Part shown: positions 1 to 13,983 of the stretch, piece by piece
Numbering within the stretch: the first letter of the stretch is position 1
Layout of the letters: each line of letters starts with the position of its first letter
Assembly (NCBI RefSeq): GCF_033153115.1
Contig: NW_026889781.1
Span: forward strand, 4,526,001 to 4,590,000
DNA length: 64,000 nt
Origin: Saccostrea echinata
Taxonomy: Eukaryota
Direction: 5' to 3'
Made by a program: the position numbers and the translations under genes
Notes under the pieces: model-generated
The model's database searches: none
What the model saw: only the letters and a program-made list of their open reading frames with translations
Told to the model about the DNA's origin: nothing

Positions 1-521
1 AAAAAAAATATCAAACAGGTATCCAATATACATGAACTTGCAATCAAATTTTCCTGAATACCTTGTTTTTTCTATATATTTTTGAAAATCAAATCGTCAA
101 TTCACAGACATAATTGCAACACTTTTTCTTCTTTTTTATGATTGTTGGGAACGCTGACTTGATAATGAAATAATCTAAATTTAAATTGATCTACATGTAC
201 ATGAACATTTTATATTGATTTTTTTTTCAGCATGGCATGAAGTTCGTCGGGTTTTTTTTTTTTTTTTTTTTCTCATTTGTTTATGTGTATTCCGTGAGAT
301 TTACTGTGTAAGGCGGGAAAAAAACAGGTTGTGTTTTTACAAAATTGAATTTGAATCGAACAAGAAATTCGATTAAATTAAAACAAGGCATTATTCTATG
401 ATCAAAGCCCCTTTTCTCTGCAGCTGTCCGAGTAAATGAACTTTTGTCGTAATTTAATCGGTTTCTTCCGTCATTCTCTGTGCACGCTTTCCATCAAACA
501 GTAACGTTAAAAAAAAATTAA

Positions 522-552
<31 letters not shown>

Positions 553-857
553 AAAGCAAGAAACTTTCATTTGTTGAATTTGGTAAACTGTGGATCGAGG
601 ATTCCACCTCACACAAAATTGAAGGGGTTCCACATCACCAAGCTAGTGGTTCCAGTGGTGAGCTTATTTAGCGTCAATAGAAAGACTTTACTTGAATCGC
701 CCCGAAGTATCGCCAAATTAATCATACGACTCGGACATTTTAAAATGGGAAAACTATTCTTTTTTTGCAAAATATTTCAGAATAGAATTATAAATTTATT
801 ACCTAATCATTCATTATCATATCGTCAAAACTTTACGCGTTATCGGGGCAAGAAGCG

Positions 858-977
858 CCAAAAACGAAATGTGCGTTAAAGTGCGTCATTGCGGGGTAAA
901 GGTATATGCGTTAAAATGCGTGACTGCGGGGTAACGGTATATGCATAAAAATGCGTGACTGCGGGGAAGGGGGTTAA
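858..977. repeat. ~35-bp tandem repeat (about 3 units) ending in GGG-TTAA; probable terminus of a piggyBac-like element extending to the left
   Basis: Unit gcgttaaa(a/g)tgcgt(c/g)a(t/c)tgcggggtaa(a/c)ggtatat repeated, then gcggggaagggggTTAA (974-977), the same GGG|TTAA end type as at 22185. Confidence 0.5.
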
Positions 978-1304
978 GGGTAATGAATTTAAGAAGGTAA
1001 GATAATTTATCAATCGAACATCTGTGAGACTAACTAGACTGTAGAGTTTGAAGGCGTCGAAATCCCGAAGCTATTCGCTACCGACTAAGGGCTGTCTTGT
1101 TGGAGGGGTTTAATAATATCCTTATGAGAAAGATATATGCGCTGATGAACTTCTAGCAGAGGAGAATCAAGGCCGTGACAGATCAGCGAGAGAGGCATAG
1201 GAGATAATGAGATGTTTTGATTTTCACTTTTGTGGGGTACCGACATATGAGTTTTAATAACTCATAAATTAACAGTAAAAATCAAAGGAGATCTTAGTTA
1301 ATTG

Positions 1305-3448
1305 CACAGGACGAAAGACCATCTTTAAGCAATCGCTTAATGGTGGCTTAATGGTAGCTTAATGGTGGCTTATAGAAGTTAATTCCTTTAAGTCACCATT
1401 AAGCCACCATTAAGCTACAGCTTCTAGGTGCTTAATGTCCAAACTTCATTAAGCTACCATTAAGCCACCTTTACGCTGCAGCTTAATGGTGGCTTAATGT
1501 CCAAACTTAACTAAACCACCTTAACGCATCCATTATCAAGTCTTTAAACTAACTTTTTGAGTTTAAAGTTGTTTCAATATTATTTACGGAAATTCTTATT
1601 CAATTCATAATTTTCTCTCGCTATTTCTGACATGTTTGTCAATGCGTATAAACTCGGGAACTGAGAATGGCTTCACCAAATGAATTAAAATTTTCACTAC
1701 CTAAAATCAGATTGTTTAAATACTTGTTTTAAAATTATTTTTATCCATAAATACATAATATATATTAAATAAAAAAAAAAAATCACTCATTTTTCTTTCG
1801 TGTTTGGAGAGTCACGTTCCGCTGCCGAATTCATAGGAAATCTTGTAATTATAGTCATTTTCTTATGGAATATCTCTAAGTCTCTTAATTTTTCTTTGGG
1901 TAGAGAAATGTTTAAGATATGAAACAAATATAGGTATAGATTATATTGGCAATCATTGAATTACATCATGAATAATTTGAATTAATTCGTGCTTAAGTGC
2001 CATTATTTTTTTTCTTTCTTTTAAAATAATGCAGAAGTAAGAATTTATTTAAAATACTTCAGAAGTAAGAATTTATCAAAATGTAGTCGGTCTTCAATGA
2101 TTGTTATTTCAGAATCAATTTTCGGAAGAACAGCCGATCAGATTAAACATGGCATCCGACCAGATTTATACACATTGGGAAGCGGGGTAAAATAAACAGT
2201 GTACAGTATATCGACTGGTTAGACAATAGACCTTAATAAGGTCTCCCCACCAGTCCCCGGTCAGCTAACAGGAAACTATACACGGGAACGTACAGTTACA
2301 GATTCTGATGATCTCAGTATTATTTTTTACAAAACTTGAAATTTAACGCAAGTATATAGCAAATTAAAAATTATGATTGTAGACAAAAAGACTATTATTT
2401 TGATACCCATAATGATATAAAAGGAATTAAAACTGAAGATGATATGTTAAAAAAATATTTTATAACTGAAATGTTACTTAAAGATTGTCAATTAAATTGC
2501 AAAAAAAAAAAATGTAAATACCCGCAGCATATTTATATGAACTATAATCTGGTATTTTTTTTCATCGTTCTCTTTCGATGATATATTCCTTTTTAATAAC
2601 AAAATTTTGTAATATCTGTTTAATTTCTTATAAATCTGCGAATAACAGAACGAGGAATTCAGTAACTTAAAATCAAAAAGTTGTTTCACACCATCACACC
2701 GAACTCCGGTCCACGGTTAAGAAATATTAACGTAATATAAAACTTAATAAAAGTTTCTTTTTTTTAAAAAAATATATAAATATAATTATTCAGATTATTG
2801 ATTGATAAATATAAACATTAGAAAAAAATACATATACAGGTACAAGTCCAAAAAAGTTTTGTTAAAAATAAAGGTTTTATATTTCACCTCTGTTTCAACA
2901 GACCCGGTATCTCAGTGGTTAAAGCGCTCGCCCTCCAATCTAAAGGTCGTGGGATCGAATCCTGATGGGAATGTTATTTTTTTTTAAATTATTAATTTTC
3001 TTTTACATTATTTTCGCCAAATTAACAAATGTATAGACTCGACATTTATAATTTTTATGAAGAAATCATTATAAAAATAAAATTTAACCCATCAAAGCAG
3101 TTTTATCAACTGCGTAATGGTGACTTAATGGTGGCTTAAAGGTGGTTTAATGGTAGCTTAATGGAGTTTGGACATTAAGCACCTATAAGTCTGGCTTAAT
3201 GGTGGCTTAATGGTGACTTAAAGATTGCCTAGAAGCTACCATTAAGCACCTATTAGCCACCATTAAGCTACCTTTAAGCACCCATTAAGGACTTTGAGAT
3301 GGCTTAATGGTAATTTAATGGTGGTGTATTTATTACTTAATGGTAGCTTAACGGTGCTTAATGGTGACTTAAAGAAAACCATTAAGCCATCATTAAGGAC
3401 ATATAAGCCACCATTAAGCCAAACTTAAAGGAAGTGTTTCATCTTGTG
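1305..3448. mobile_element. Non-autonomous CACTA/EnSpm (CMC)-like DNA transposon
   Basis: Imperfect TIRs CACAGGACGAAA / TTTCATCTTGTG, 3-bp TSD TTG (1302-1304, 3449-3451), arrays of 11-bp subterminal repeats (ttaatggtggc and its complement) at 1335-1525 and 3115-3420. Confidence 0.8.
2901..2972 (+). ncRNA. tRNA-like sequence (A and B boxes, imperfect cloverleaf) inside the CACTA-like element, followed by a T-run
   Basis: gacccggtatctcagtggttaaagcg...ggtcgtgggatcgaatcc; stems pair poorly so not called a functional tRNA; T-run at ~2977-2985. Confidence 0.5.
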
Positions 3449-6318
3449 TTGTTGATTAAAGGTGAGTTTATATGTTAGCTAACAATAATGGAAAATTCGT
3501 TCGATAAAACAACATTTAATCACTTCAAAACATTACCATGCGTTTCCTTTTTTTTCTCGGTGTATTTCTAAGAATACACACATGTAGAGATGTTTATCCT
3601 GAAAAAAACTCAACAATTGTGAAATGTATGCATGATGTAAGGTTAAGAGTAGAAAGGTCACTATTTTGCAAGGAGCAATTTCACCTAGAAATGGTACTTT
3701 CAGCCTAACTAAACTGGGGTGTGTGTATCAAATACCTGGCCCAGCAAAGCCCTCAGTTCAACAGAAATGCTTTGATTTTAATTATAGGGGGACAGGCCAC
3801 AAACAACAGTGCAGCTGTGCACATTGATGTATCAAATGCGATAATGCTCAACCTTCCATTCTTTATACAAATTCCTTAAACAAACATACTCAAGTGATAG
3901 GGCTAATTTTCAGTTATTTCCATCCCCAGGAATCACGAGTCAAAACCGATACCCCCACAGTTTCAAACAAGAGACTTACAACTCAAGGCAAAATCGCGCT
4001 CAGCCAAGAGAAATGGGCCATGAGAAAATTCCCAATAATATGGAAGTTATTTCAGAATACTTAAAAAAAGTATCCAGATAGATTAACAGCTAACTTTCTA
4101 CTGTATGATCCTTAAAAGGGTTTTAATTTGCAGTATTCTGGGTCTCGTAACTGTATATTCTCAAAGAATTTAGAGTCGGCACATTAACATGAGGATATTT
4201 CACAAGATAAGCCAAACAAGAAATTTTACAAGATAAGCGTGAGTGGTACATTTTTACAACCACCTATGCACAATTTACATGTATCCCCCATTGGTTTTGT
4301 TCCCAAAGCTGAGGATGGTAGGATCTTACCCACTGGCCATTAGCATTAATGATATTAATATAGACCCAGTTTATACATCAGTGAGTTACACATCAATTGA
4401 CTCGGTAGTCCAGATGATAAGCCTGTTTCGAAAGGGGGAGTTGTTGGCCAAAGTTGATATAAAAAGCGCTTTCCGTCTAAATCATGTACACTCAGGGGAT
4501 TTTGAGTTATTGGGGTGTATTTTAAGGGAGAATATTACATAGACAAATGCTTACATTTTGGATGTTCCATATCTTGTAAAATCTTTGAGACCTTCTCAGC
4601 ATTCCTAGAATGACTAGCACGTTATAAAGGTATCAAACCTTTTCATCAGAATTTAGATGAGTTTATTTTTTTTTATTTGAGGGGATGGCTCAAACTCCCC
4701 CTACAAAAAAATTTCACAGTCTTTTCCAGAGGTATACTTAAAAATTAGAGTTTCCTTAAAAAAGATAAAACAGAGGGCCCTACTCCCTGTTTAATCTTTC
4801 TGGGTCAAGAGATTGACACGTCTGTTAAAATCCAGCTTAAATTACCATTTCAAAAGGCTGACGACCTCATTGCTACTTTACTATATTGCGCGTTACAAAA
4901 CAAAATTAAGCTTAAAGATTTGTATAATCTCGTAGGCAATATATTTTTGGAACAAGTCATACTGGATAGCAGAGCTTTAAACAGACGTTTTCTTATAATG
5001 CATTGATAGGCACGTTTAAGCCATATCATCATATAAGGATAAATAGGCAATTGTGCCAGAATATGCCTTTTTGGTTGGATTTTTAACACAAATTTAATTT
5101 TGTAGTGTATTTACTTGATAGTAAGTGGAGTACTCCATATACATTACAGATTTTTACAGGCAGTGCAGGGTGGGTGCTACATCCCCAGGGTCATTGGGTC
5201 TTTTTGCCATGGTCTAACACATGGACTTATAACCCGATTTAAAAAAACAAATAATAAAAAAAATCATACTCAGGGCTCAACAAAAACGTTTGTCCGATTG
5301 TCCAGATCATTTTGTGATGGGACAAGTCAGTTTCAACAAGTCAATTTCCATTTTGTGATAGGCTAAGAAAACTTTTTTTTTATCATGAAATAAAATCGAT
5401 TAAGCACTGTATTTTCTTTAATAGCAGACATCTTACAGTCTAATACATAATTCTACAGCCGTAAGGCTTAGTTACACCTCGCTAAGTATCGCTAATTAAC
5501 AGAATAGATTGACACGAGACTTATCAGAAATACACATGGTGATAATATGGTAATGATGTCATAATGAGGTTTGACGTCATGACAGTTGCTCCGCCCAGAT
5601 AGATCTATATAAGGGAATAGAGCTCAAAAAAGCTATCTAATGATGATCGCAAGAATTTGAAATGAATGTCTGTATTTTCATGTTTAAATAAATAAACATT
5701 AGTGATTTTCTCTTATATAGTAGCAACACGTCTTCGAAATAATTCTCTTTTTATTGTGTCGTTTGGCTGCATTCGACTTCAGCCAAGCGCTTGCACTCGG
5801 TGACACGGAATGTTGTTTACATCTAAAAACGTGGCGACAGCAGCTGAGATATGCAGTGGATAAATGCAACAGTCAGGCAATCTTTTAGGAGAATAGGTTT
5901 AAAATAAGAGACCTAACGTTAGGCATTATTTATCTTTTTGATGAGAAGATGACGTTATTTCGGAAAATCATGGAAAACTGAGACGATCCACACCACATGT
6001 ACCTCCCTAGGCCCCTTCTGTTCATTAAGGTGTGTATGCGCATAGTTATCAACATGTACACATACATGTACTATTCTGTACATCGATGTAAAATAACCGT
6101 GAACATGTAAAATAAGATGTATTATTACAGTCCGTCACAAACTGTAATGCAGTGCCTTGTGTGTTTACCCCTCCCCCCCCCCCCCTCCACACACACACAC
6201 ACACACACACGCACACAATGATTATGAAAGTTGCACACTTTTAAACATGCAATGATGTTGCACTTTGGCATACATGTACAAACATGTTACATAATATAAG
6301 CACTGCATGTCATGAAAC

Positions 6319-7325
6319 GCAGGTATGGTAAGGCAGTACCCAGATCATATTTCGGCGAATTAAGACTTTTTTTCGTAAAATGTAACATTGGTCAATCGGA
6401 AAAGCCATAGATAAAACATTTACTATTATTATCCAATGTATAGACGTCATTGAGTCTTAGGCTAAAAAAAGCACTCCACTACACACGTCATCACGTGACG
6501 TCTATAAATAGAAAAATTGCCTTAATGAAAAAGTGAAAAGTTCAACACTACCCCGGGGATAATTCATTTCTTTTTGTGAAAATAATTATGTAAAAACATC
6601 ACTGGGCCATGAAAAGTGCTGCTAGAATCCTACTCTCCCGACACAGAAAAAATTTTCCAAAGTTTTACATGAAACCTTACCAAAATTATTACATTTTGTA
6701 CAAACGATCAAGGAATTGTCATCAATTCATGTTAATCACACGATTCTAGCAGCACTTTCCAAGTACTATACAATACAAGATTTCGATACAAACAAAAATT
6801 ATGTCTCAAAGTATGCGGCGTAGTGTTGAACTTTTGCAACTTTGTTTTTATAGAACGACAGAGGAAAGGCTGATCGGGATTTCAAAGCACTGCCTGTGTT
6901 CATTATCAGAAAACATGATAAGAAAATATCAGCGTACCAGATTCTTAATCATTTATTCCTTATGAATCACACATAACATTCACGGTATATGCTTTAAAAC
7001 ACCCATTTTATATATTTGTTTACATGAATTCTCGTCACGTTTAATTTTCACTCGGCAAATATTTGATCAATAGTCATGACGTCATGGGTTTGGTATTTAA
7101 GCTCCGTGATACATACTTAGCTCTTTATACCACCCAAAAACGACAAGATTTTGTTTTTATTATGTTTTTGAATGATTTCTTTCATTTATTGGACCTGAAA
7201 TAAACCTTTAAATATAGATATTAAGAAATTATTATTTCTTTACTTCACGTCATTCAGCTTACTATGACGTCATAATGTAGAGGCAAGTAGGATATCTCTG
7301 GGTGTAGCCTTAACATACCCGCGTA
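6319..7325. mobile_element. Unclassified non-autonomous DNA element (GC..TTAAGG terminal family), copy A
   Basis: Ends gcaggtatggtaaggc / gccttaacatacccgc(gta); internal inverted repeat aaaagtgctgctagaatc (6612) / gattctagcagcacttt (6742); closely matching inverted copy at 25136-26016. Confidence 0.7.
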
Positions 7326-8557
7326 TCAAATTATAATTTAGATGCAGTCACACTTACAATGTACATGTATTTGTGAAGTCAAAGTGCACAATGTACAATG
7401 TATGTGCACTGTACATACAAGAGTATAAGAACCCATGAATTTTAATTTATACCTCTGGCAATCAAAAATATGTGAATTTTAAGATTTCAGTTTTTACCAG
7501 TAATTCATATTTTAAATTCATCAGTAGAACTTTTATCTATCTGTATCACTAGGTTGTAAATTTGTAGAATTTCTACATTAATGAAGATAAAATATTTGAA
7601 TTTTCATTCGTCTGACTACATGTACATTAAGTCAGTCTTATTTGCATATACATGTATTTATAAACTGTTTATATGTATAATTCTTTTATCATTGTAGCTG
7701 TCATAGAACTCGTTAAAACCGGCATATACATCAAACAGAACAATCAAAATAGATGCATCAATTTCTCCGCTGGGTAGAGCATTTCACATTAATTTTATAG
7801 TATGCCTGTGTTATTTTTTTTTTTTACTTTTGTATAGGTGAAAGGATTAAATATTATCTTTAGTATATTGATTTTATTTATTTCTTTACTTATAGCTACC
7901 AATGAATTCTAGTTTTGCCAATGTCATAGGTTTCAATTTCCCAGAAAAGTTTTGTATCAACAGTTTGTTTCCATTTATTTTATGAATTTCAGAAAATATA
8001 GTATAGCATGGTTTGCTTTGCACAGTGCAATGTTATTTCATTCTACAATAGTAATCATTATGTATTTCACTCATTACATATATATTGTGTTGTAGCTTCT
8101 CCCAAACAATTTGAACAGGCAGCAAGTGTTTGCACCAATAAAATAAAAAGGTATGCTCCATATTAGCTATAAATCATACATATTCCTAGCAAGATTATTG
8201 AAATGTTTTGATAATAAGAGCACAAGACTTACAAATATATACATGTATATGCTTTCCATGTTGATCAATGCATTGTTTGGAGTATCACTTTTTCAAAACA
8301 CCAATGAACTTTCCATAATGGTATTTCATTTTGTTTTCAGAATTGATTTCATCCAGAAGAACTATTTGAACTGTGGACCGTTCGAAATATGTTGCACCTA
8401 CTCAGAAATCCCTTCACAGCCTGTCTTTGAATTTGAAAAGCTGTTCTTAATTAAATAATTTTTCTAGATAAATAATACTTTGAATTTTTAACAGTACAAT
8501 GGTGTGAAAGTTTGAAGGCTGTTAAGATTTGAATATCTTTACTTGCATGTATTCTGA

Positions 8558-9252
8558 CAGGCGCGTAGCTGCATATACGCAAATACGCAGGTGCGTACAC
8601 ATAGTTTTCAAAAAAAGGGGGTGGTATTTATTAAAAGAGAAAAAGTATCAATACCACCCAGTAAATATTTGTGTTTCAAATTATTTTATCTCATACTGTT
8701 TCGATTCGAATTCAAATTTTATATTACCATGTCTTTATAACAAAATTGTATTATTTTATTAAATCTTTGTCAAAACCAAATAAAACATTCATTAATTTGT
8801 AAATCGTCTACAACTTTGACACATTGACGATTTTTAAAGATCTTTGAAAAAATATCAACCGTTGAATGCTGTGATCCTCTAGAATATGATTTTATAGCAT
8901 TATTTTTGTTCATAATTGAAATTAATTATATTTGTTGCTGAAAGTTAAAAAAGAGTACATGATACCAATATATCTTTTTAAAAAATATTCAGCCTCTACA
9001 TACTTGTACAATAAATTTGCATGGAAGTATTTAACTTTGTATTAGAAACAATATTACTATGTCTTGTACGTTCTAAAGAAAATCGAAATGGCATGATTTT
9101 GAATGAAATATTTGGTAAAACCCATGAGCTTCCAGGGACTTTGCCCTTGGGCCCACATCAGGGCTTCGTCCTCGACCCACTGGGGGCCTCAAAGCGGACC
9201 CCAGCCGTTCTCTGCGTACATTCATTTTACTTCCATTCTGGCTACGCGCCTG
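8558..9252. mobile_element. MITE with CAGGCGCGTAGC TIRs
   Basis: caggcgcgtagc ... gctacgcgcctg; flanks tctg-a | tctg. Confidence 0.7.
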
Positions 9253-9703
9253 TCTGTGTTTTTGAGCATCAACAAGATCTAAATTTCAGCATGTTTATTG
9301 TGTTCACCTGTTCTTTAACAGAGTATCTGTTTCTTGGTTACAAAGTTTTTACTGAATACCTTGTTTGCGCATGGATTGATAATAACTTTAAAAAAATGAA
9401 ATTAACCCCCCCCCCCCCTTCCCCCAGGTGTGATTTGTGCTACAATACCCAAATAAGTAAAACCTGATGTAAGCACTGTTTAATAATTTTTTTTTTAACA
9501 TGTAAGTAAGGTATATGGTATCAAAGGAGCCAAAGGCAAACTGGTGGGGGGGGGGGGGGTTACATCTGTAGAAAGGAAAACAGGTTATTTGATACAGGAG
9601 TACATGTAAGCACCCCAATCCCTTCCTACTGTTCTTAAAACTTTTAACCTAGTCTAAAATCCCTAAACAGTTGAAGGTTTGATAACTAAAAGAATCACAT
9701 ATG

Positions 9704-9737
<34 letters not shown>

Positions 9738-10004
9738 AACTAAGTTCTGTTGGAGATATTTTTTCTGTGTGTCTACTGGGGGAGCATAAATATTTTATCA
9801 TTGATAGGGGCTGTCTGTTGTTTATTACAGATGACTGAAGCTTTCAATATTTTTAACCATGGGCATTTTCAAATTGATTTACATGCTTGATGTTGCGGCA
9901 AATTTTAGGCCTATTGTTGACGAACGGAGGAAATGCGGTAGGTGTCAAATACGTCTTGTGTAGCATATAAAAGAACGAAGATATATAAAACAAAGTAAAG
10001 TCAC

Positions 10005-10049
<45 letters not shown>

Positions 10050-10219
10050 AGTTTTGATTTACTGAAATAAAGCCCAGCACAGTCCGTAGGTATTTGTTTA
10101 AAATTTGCGAGTTACACAAGCTCTATTAAGTACCACAGAGTTATCTCCCATGCCGGTTCAATGATGCGTTTGAAAACTATATTTAGAATGAATGTGTTAA
10201 GATTTCAATTTTTAATCAA

Positions 10220-10745
10220 AAAGTGCAAGGGCAAGGCGACAACCCAAGAGGTAGGTTTTTATTTTAAATTCTTTATTTTACTGTATAGTTTTTAAAAAGT
10301 GATGCTCATTTCTTTGTAATTCATTAGGCAATTTAAAATTTCCCATTAAAAGATGAAAAATACCCTATTTTTGAATACTGGTGCTGTTTTCAATGAATAA
10401 CTTAAATATCTCAAAAATCTGACTGAATGAGCATTAGTTTTTCGATAGGATAGATACCAAGGGACACAATGAAACATTGTACAGTTCAAATATTGTTTGC
10501 CTTGCCCTTGCACTTTTTGGTTAAATTTGACATTTTATATTTTGACCTAAAATTGGAGCTCACGTGACTGTAGAGGGTCACATGATGACAAAAAATACCG
10601 ATGTGAAAAGCGATGGACAAACCCTTCCTAAAGCCATTAAGATATTTCAGATAGAGTTTCATGCTAAAAAATAAGACGGTTGAACTTTAAGTGTCTCGTT
10701 TTTGGTGCCTTTTTATAGAAAATGTTGCCTTAACCGCACTGCGTA
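10220..10745. mobile_element. Right-hand part of another GC..TTAAGG-family element (left end not located)
   Basis: End gccttaaccgcactgcgta at ~10727-10745; internal IR aaaagtgcaagggcaaggc (10220) / gccttgcccttgcactttt (10499-10517). Confidence 0.5.
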
Positions 10746-10915
10746 ACTTTTGTTGACAATTTGTCCGATGGAAAAATGGATATGTTAGCTAATGTTGAAC
10801 CTTGATACATTTCTTTGTTGCATATATCTTAAACAGTCATCAAAGTCAGATAGAGTCATTTTATTCATTAGGTCTCTTATGCTCACCACATTAAGAAATA
10901 ATATTCAGTTTAAGG
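10746..10915 (+). pseudogene. DIRS-type RNase H fragment
   Basis: Hand translation FVDNLS...KQSSKSDRVILFIRSLMLTTLRNNIQFK resembles the DIRS RNase H segment (DN..VV.I.NK.SS....M.L.R.L......NI). Confidence 0.55.
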
Positions 10916-13900
10916 TATGTCGTTCGTGAAAGTAGACCTATCAAAGGTTTTTTGAGGAGTATATTTTAGATAAGTACTCATATAGCATGACTCAAAATAC
11001 CAAAGAAATTAATGGGTCAGTGTGCAGCTTACTGAGCAACGGTACAATTAACTTGACCTTTCTGCACTTAAATTTGATTTCTTTAGTTTATCACTTTAAT
11101 CTTTATCATATTTTATCAGATGTAATCACAGCAATAAATATAATCTTATTTTACTTAAAGAAGTTTAAATAATATTTATCATTGAACAAAGTATGCAAAT
11201 TAATACGCATAAATTATTATGTGACCTTTTTACACTAAAAAGTAACATATTTGGGGTATTAAAAGTCTAAATAGGCATCAAAATATTTTCCTGTATCAAA
11301 CTTTTCATGACTTAAGTGCTGATCGTTTGGAAGTATTGTGTAGTTTAAAATTGGGGAAAAAAGTTGGAGTCAGTGATGTACATTTTGAGATATTGGTCAA
11401 AACATGCGAATTTCAGGCAAACGACAGTGTAAATTTAATACTGACTTCTTAAATATATCCTCATTTCTTGGCAAAGACTGTTGAGTGAATTTGTAAGATT
11501 TGTTCTTGAAACGGAAATTGAGATCTATATTTAATATATCCAGCATATAATAACGGAAAATGTTCTGAGTAAAAATATGTGGGGCTTAAGTTCGAAGATT
11601 TTAAATTTAACAAATGTGTAGATTTGAAGAATTTTCCACTTCTAAATATCCTTCCGCTACAAAAAATAGTCCCCCTTAAATCTTGCTACTTTATGACTTT
11701 GTGAGCATTTTTTTTAATTGAATGTTATTTAACCCCTTCTCTACCGCATCGGTCAATATGACCGATAGCGCGTTAAAACAAGACTTCGCGAAAACAGGAT
11801 CTCCGTATCTTTTTTTTATGATAGCATTAAGGTATATAATATATATATCATCTTTTAGGAAATTTTCTCTACTTTTAAACCCTGTAAAAATTTTATAGCT
11901 TATACGTCGGTAATGAATAGATTTTTCGTTTTGAAAACATTCATGACTTTTTGAAAATGGCGCAAATTTCCAAAGCAAGGACGATTTTCCCGACGATTGG
12001 CATACTTTTTCCTGATTAATTGCATAAAGAAAGTTTGATATATTTAAAACGCATATTTTCTCTGCTTTTAAAATATGTAAAAATTGTTGTTTTTACTTTA
12101 AAATATTTTGTAAAAACAAGCATTTTCTTCCATGTTTGTGATTTTTCTCGTTTTTATTCATAATATTTAAACAAAGCTCATTTTTACTTGTATTTCTATA
12201 TTGAAATAGGGAAAACAAAATACAGCTGGTAAAAGTGAAGAAAATTTCCTTTCCAACAAGCCTTTACTGGTCTTCTAACTCTCAGTATTTTCTGAATTAC
12301 GATAGTTTAAATTTTGGACCTCCGCGTAATATTTGTTGAAAAATTGGGCTGATCAATATTTAACGTCAAGGTCGATTTCGTTGCGCCTCACTCGGAACAA
12401 CATATTGTTTAGTACTATTTTATTATATATTTTTATTGAAATAAATGCTTTTTACAAAATAATTGGTTAAAAAACAAAATATATCTTTAAACCTTTAGTG
12501 AAGTGTGTTTTTTTTTTCATATAATGAATTTATTTATCTATTTTTATACATACAATAATGTTGAGTAAAAAAAAATGTCCATGTATATTCCCTAAGAGTC
12601 TTTACGTCGAAAAAGTCAGAATTTATATTGGTGTATGTGTCATATATTCTTTATATAAAATATAATTAGGCCTATACTGATATGAAATTTAATTTTAAAT
12701 CATTTTGAAACAAGCACAAAATCTCGCATAAATTTTACACGACTCATTACTGTAAGAGTTGATACGAATCGAGACCACGTGTTTCCGCTGTAGCAGTAAA
12801 CAGTTCATGATGTGAACATCAATTTTCATGATTATTTTATGATGGAGAACATCACATCAATTCATCAGATAAGACGGTCATTCCATTGGTACATGTATTA
12901 CAGGTGAGTAAGTATTGGTTGAAGAGTTTGAAACTGTTTTGAAAGTGCATTTATTCACGTTTAAATGAAAACAAGTGGTACACTATGCACACTGATACTG
13001 ATACATGTACATGCATAGACGTTAGCCGGTATGACCTCGCATTATTAGATTGATACTTGTTCAGCTAATTTTGTGTTGTTTTAGAAGTGTATAAGTTTTG
13101 ATGGCCACCCAAAGTACCATTCAAAGTAAAATCAAGTTTGGCATAATTCTTGAGAGTTGTCCTCTAACACAAACACATCGAATTTTTTAGCACGTTTAGG
13201 GTGCTGGTTTCGGAACGTTCAGCTGTGAAGATCCACTTGCTAACCCTACCATGCACTGGAATGACCATGATGTGGAGGATACAGGTGCTTATTATAACCA
13301 ATGAACAGGTAAATAAAAAAAATTCTTTCTTTTTGTAGTGAAAATTCCTGTATCTCTAAACATTAATTCTAAATAAATTTAATTGTATTTACTTGATATT
13401 GCATTCACACATTGACTAATATTTTGAAAAAAAAAAAATATGTGATACACATGATATTTATAATGCATGATTATTCATGTAAACTCGCCATTTTACCACC
13501 CATTATGCTCAAATATGGAGCCAGCTTTCTTTTATAGACTGCTGTGGTATTTTCAATCTGCATGATGTATGTGGTTAGAATTTCTGTTTCTCAATTTTCA
13601 GTTTCCTTTGAATTATCACATATATATGGGTGGTCAAACTTCATTCAATGGATGGCTATTCGTCAACACTCCCATGTACACGAACAACCTTGTTCGAAGA
13701 ATTTTGCCCTGGAGAAACAGTTTTCAGCCCATTGTGTCCTTTCTCTTAAAAACCCTGACAGCCGAAACTTAAAAAGGTATTTTTTTTTTAATTTTGATAG
13801 AATTAATGGGTATGTTATTTCTTTTAGCTCAATAATTGACTGAAATTATGGTTTACTACTAGGCTGGTAATATTTTAGTCATAGTACATTGATGTCCCTA

Positions 13901-13983
13901 TACCATATACATGTAACTACATGTATCACATAATAAATAAACTTTATAAATAAATACTTTTAATTTGAAAGGGAAAGTTATTT

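Larger units (their letters stand above)
978..5230 (+). pseudogene. Degenerate DIRS/Ngaro-type (tyrosine-recombinase) retrotransposon gag-RT-RNaseH, interrupted by a CACTA-like element
   Basis: RT motifs SIND..PVYTSVSYTSID..RKGELLAKVDIKSAFRL...GDFELLG (ORF 4243-4542), continuing out of frame as DKCLTFGCSISCKIFETFS; gag-like CFDFNYRG...CIKC near 3770-3840; many stops and frameshifts; left boundary approximate. Confidence 0.75.

Noticed and set aside
2901-2972. Functional tRNA-Trp gene
   Set aside because: Acceptor and anticodon stems do not pair; it is embedded in a transposon
1335-3420. Short regular ttaatggtggc and cagtcccacag arrays (also 46340-46490, 61170-61360) as CRISPR-like arrays
   Set aside because: 11-bp units in both orientations with no unique spacers, located just inside TIRs in eukaryotic DNA; they fit CACTA subterminal repeats
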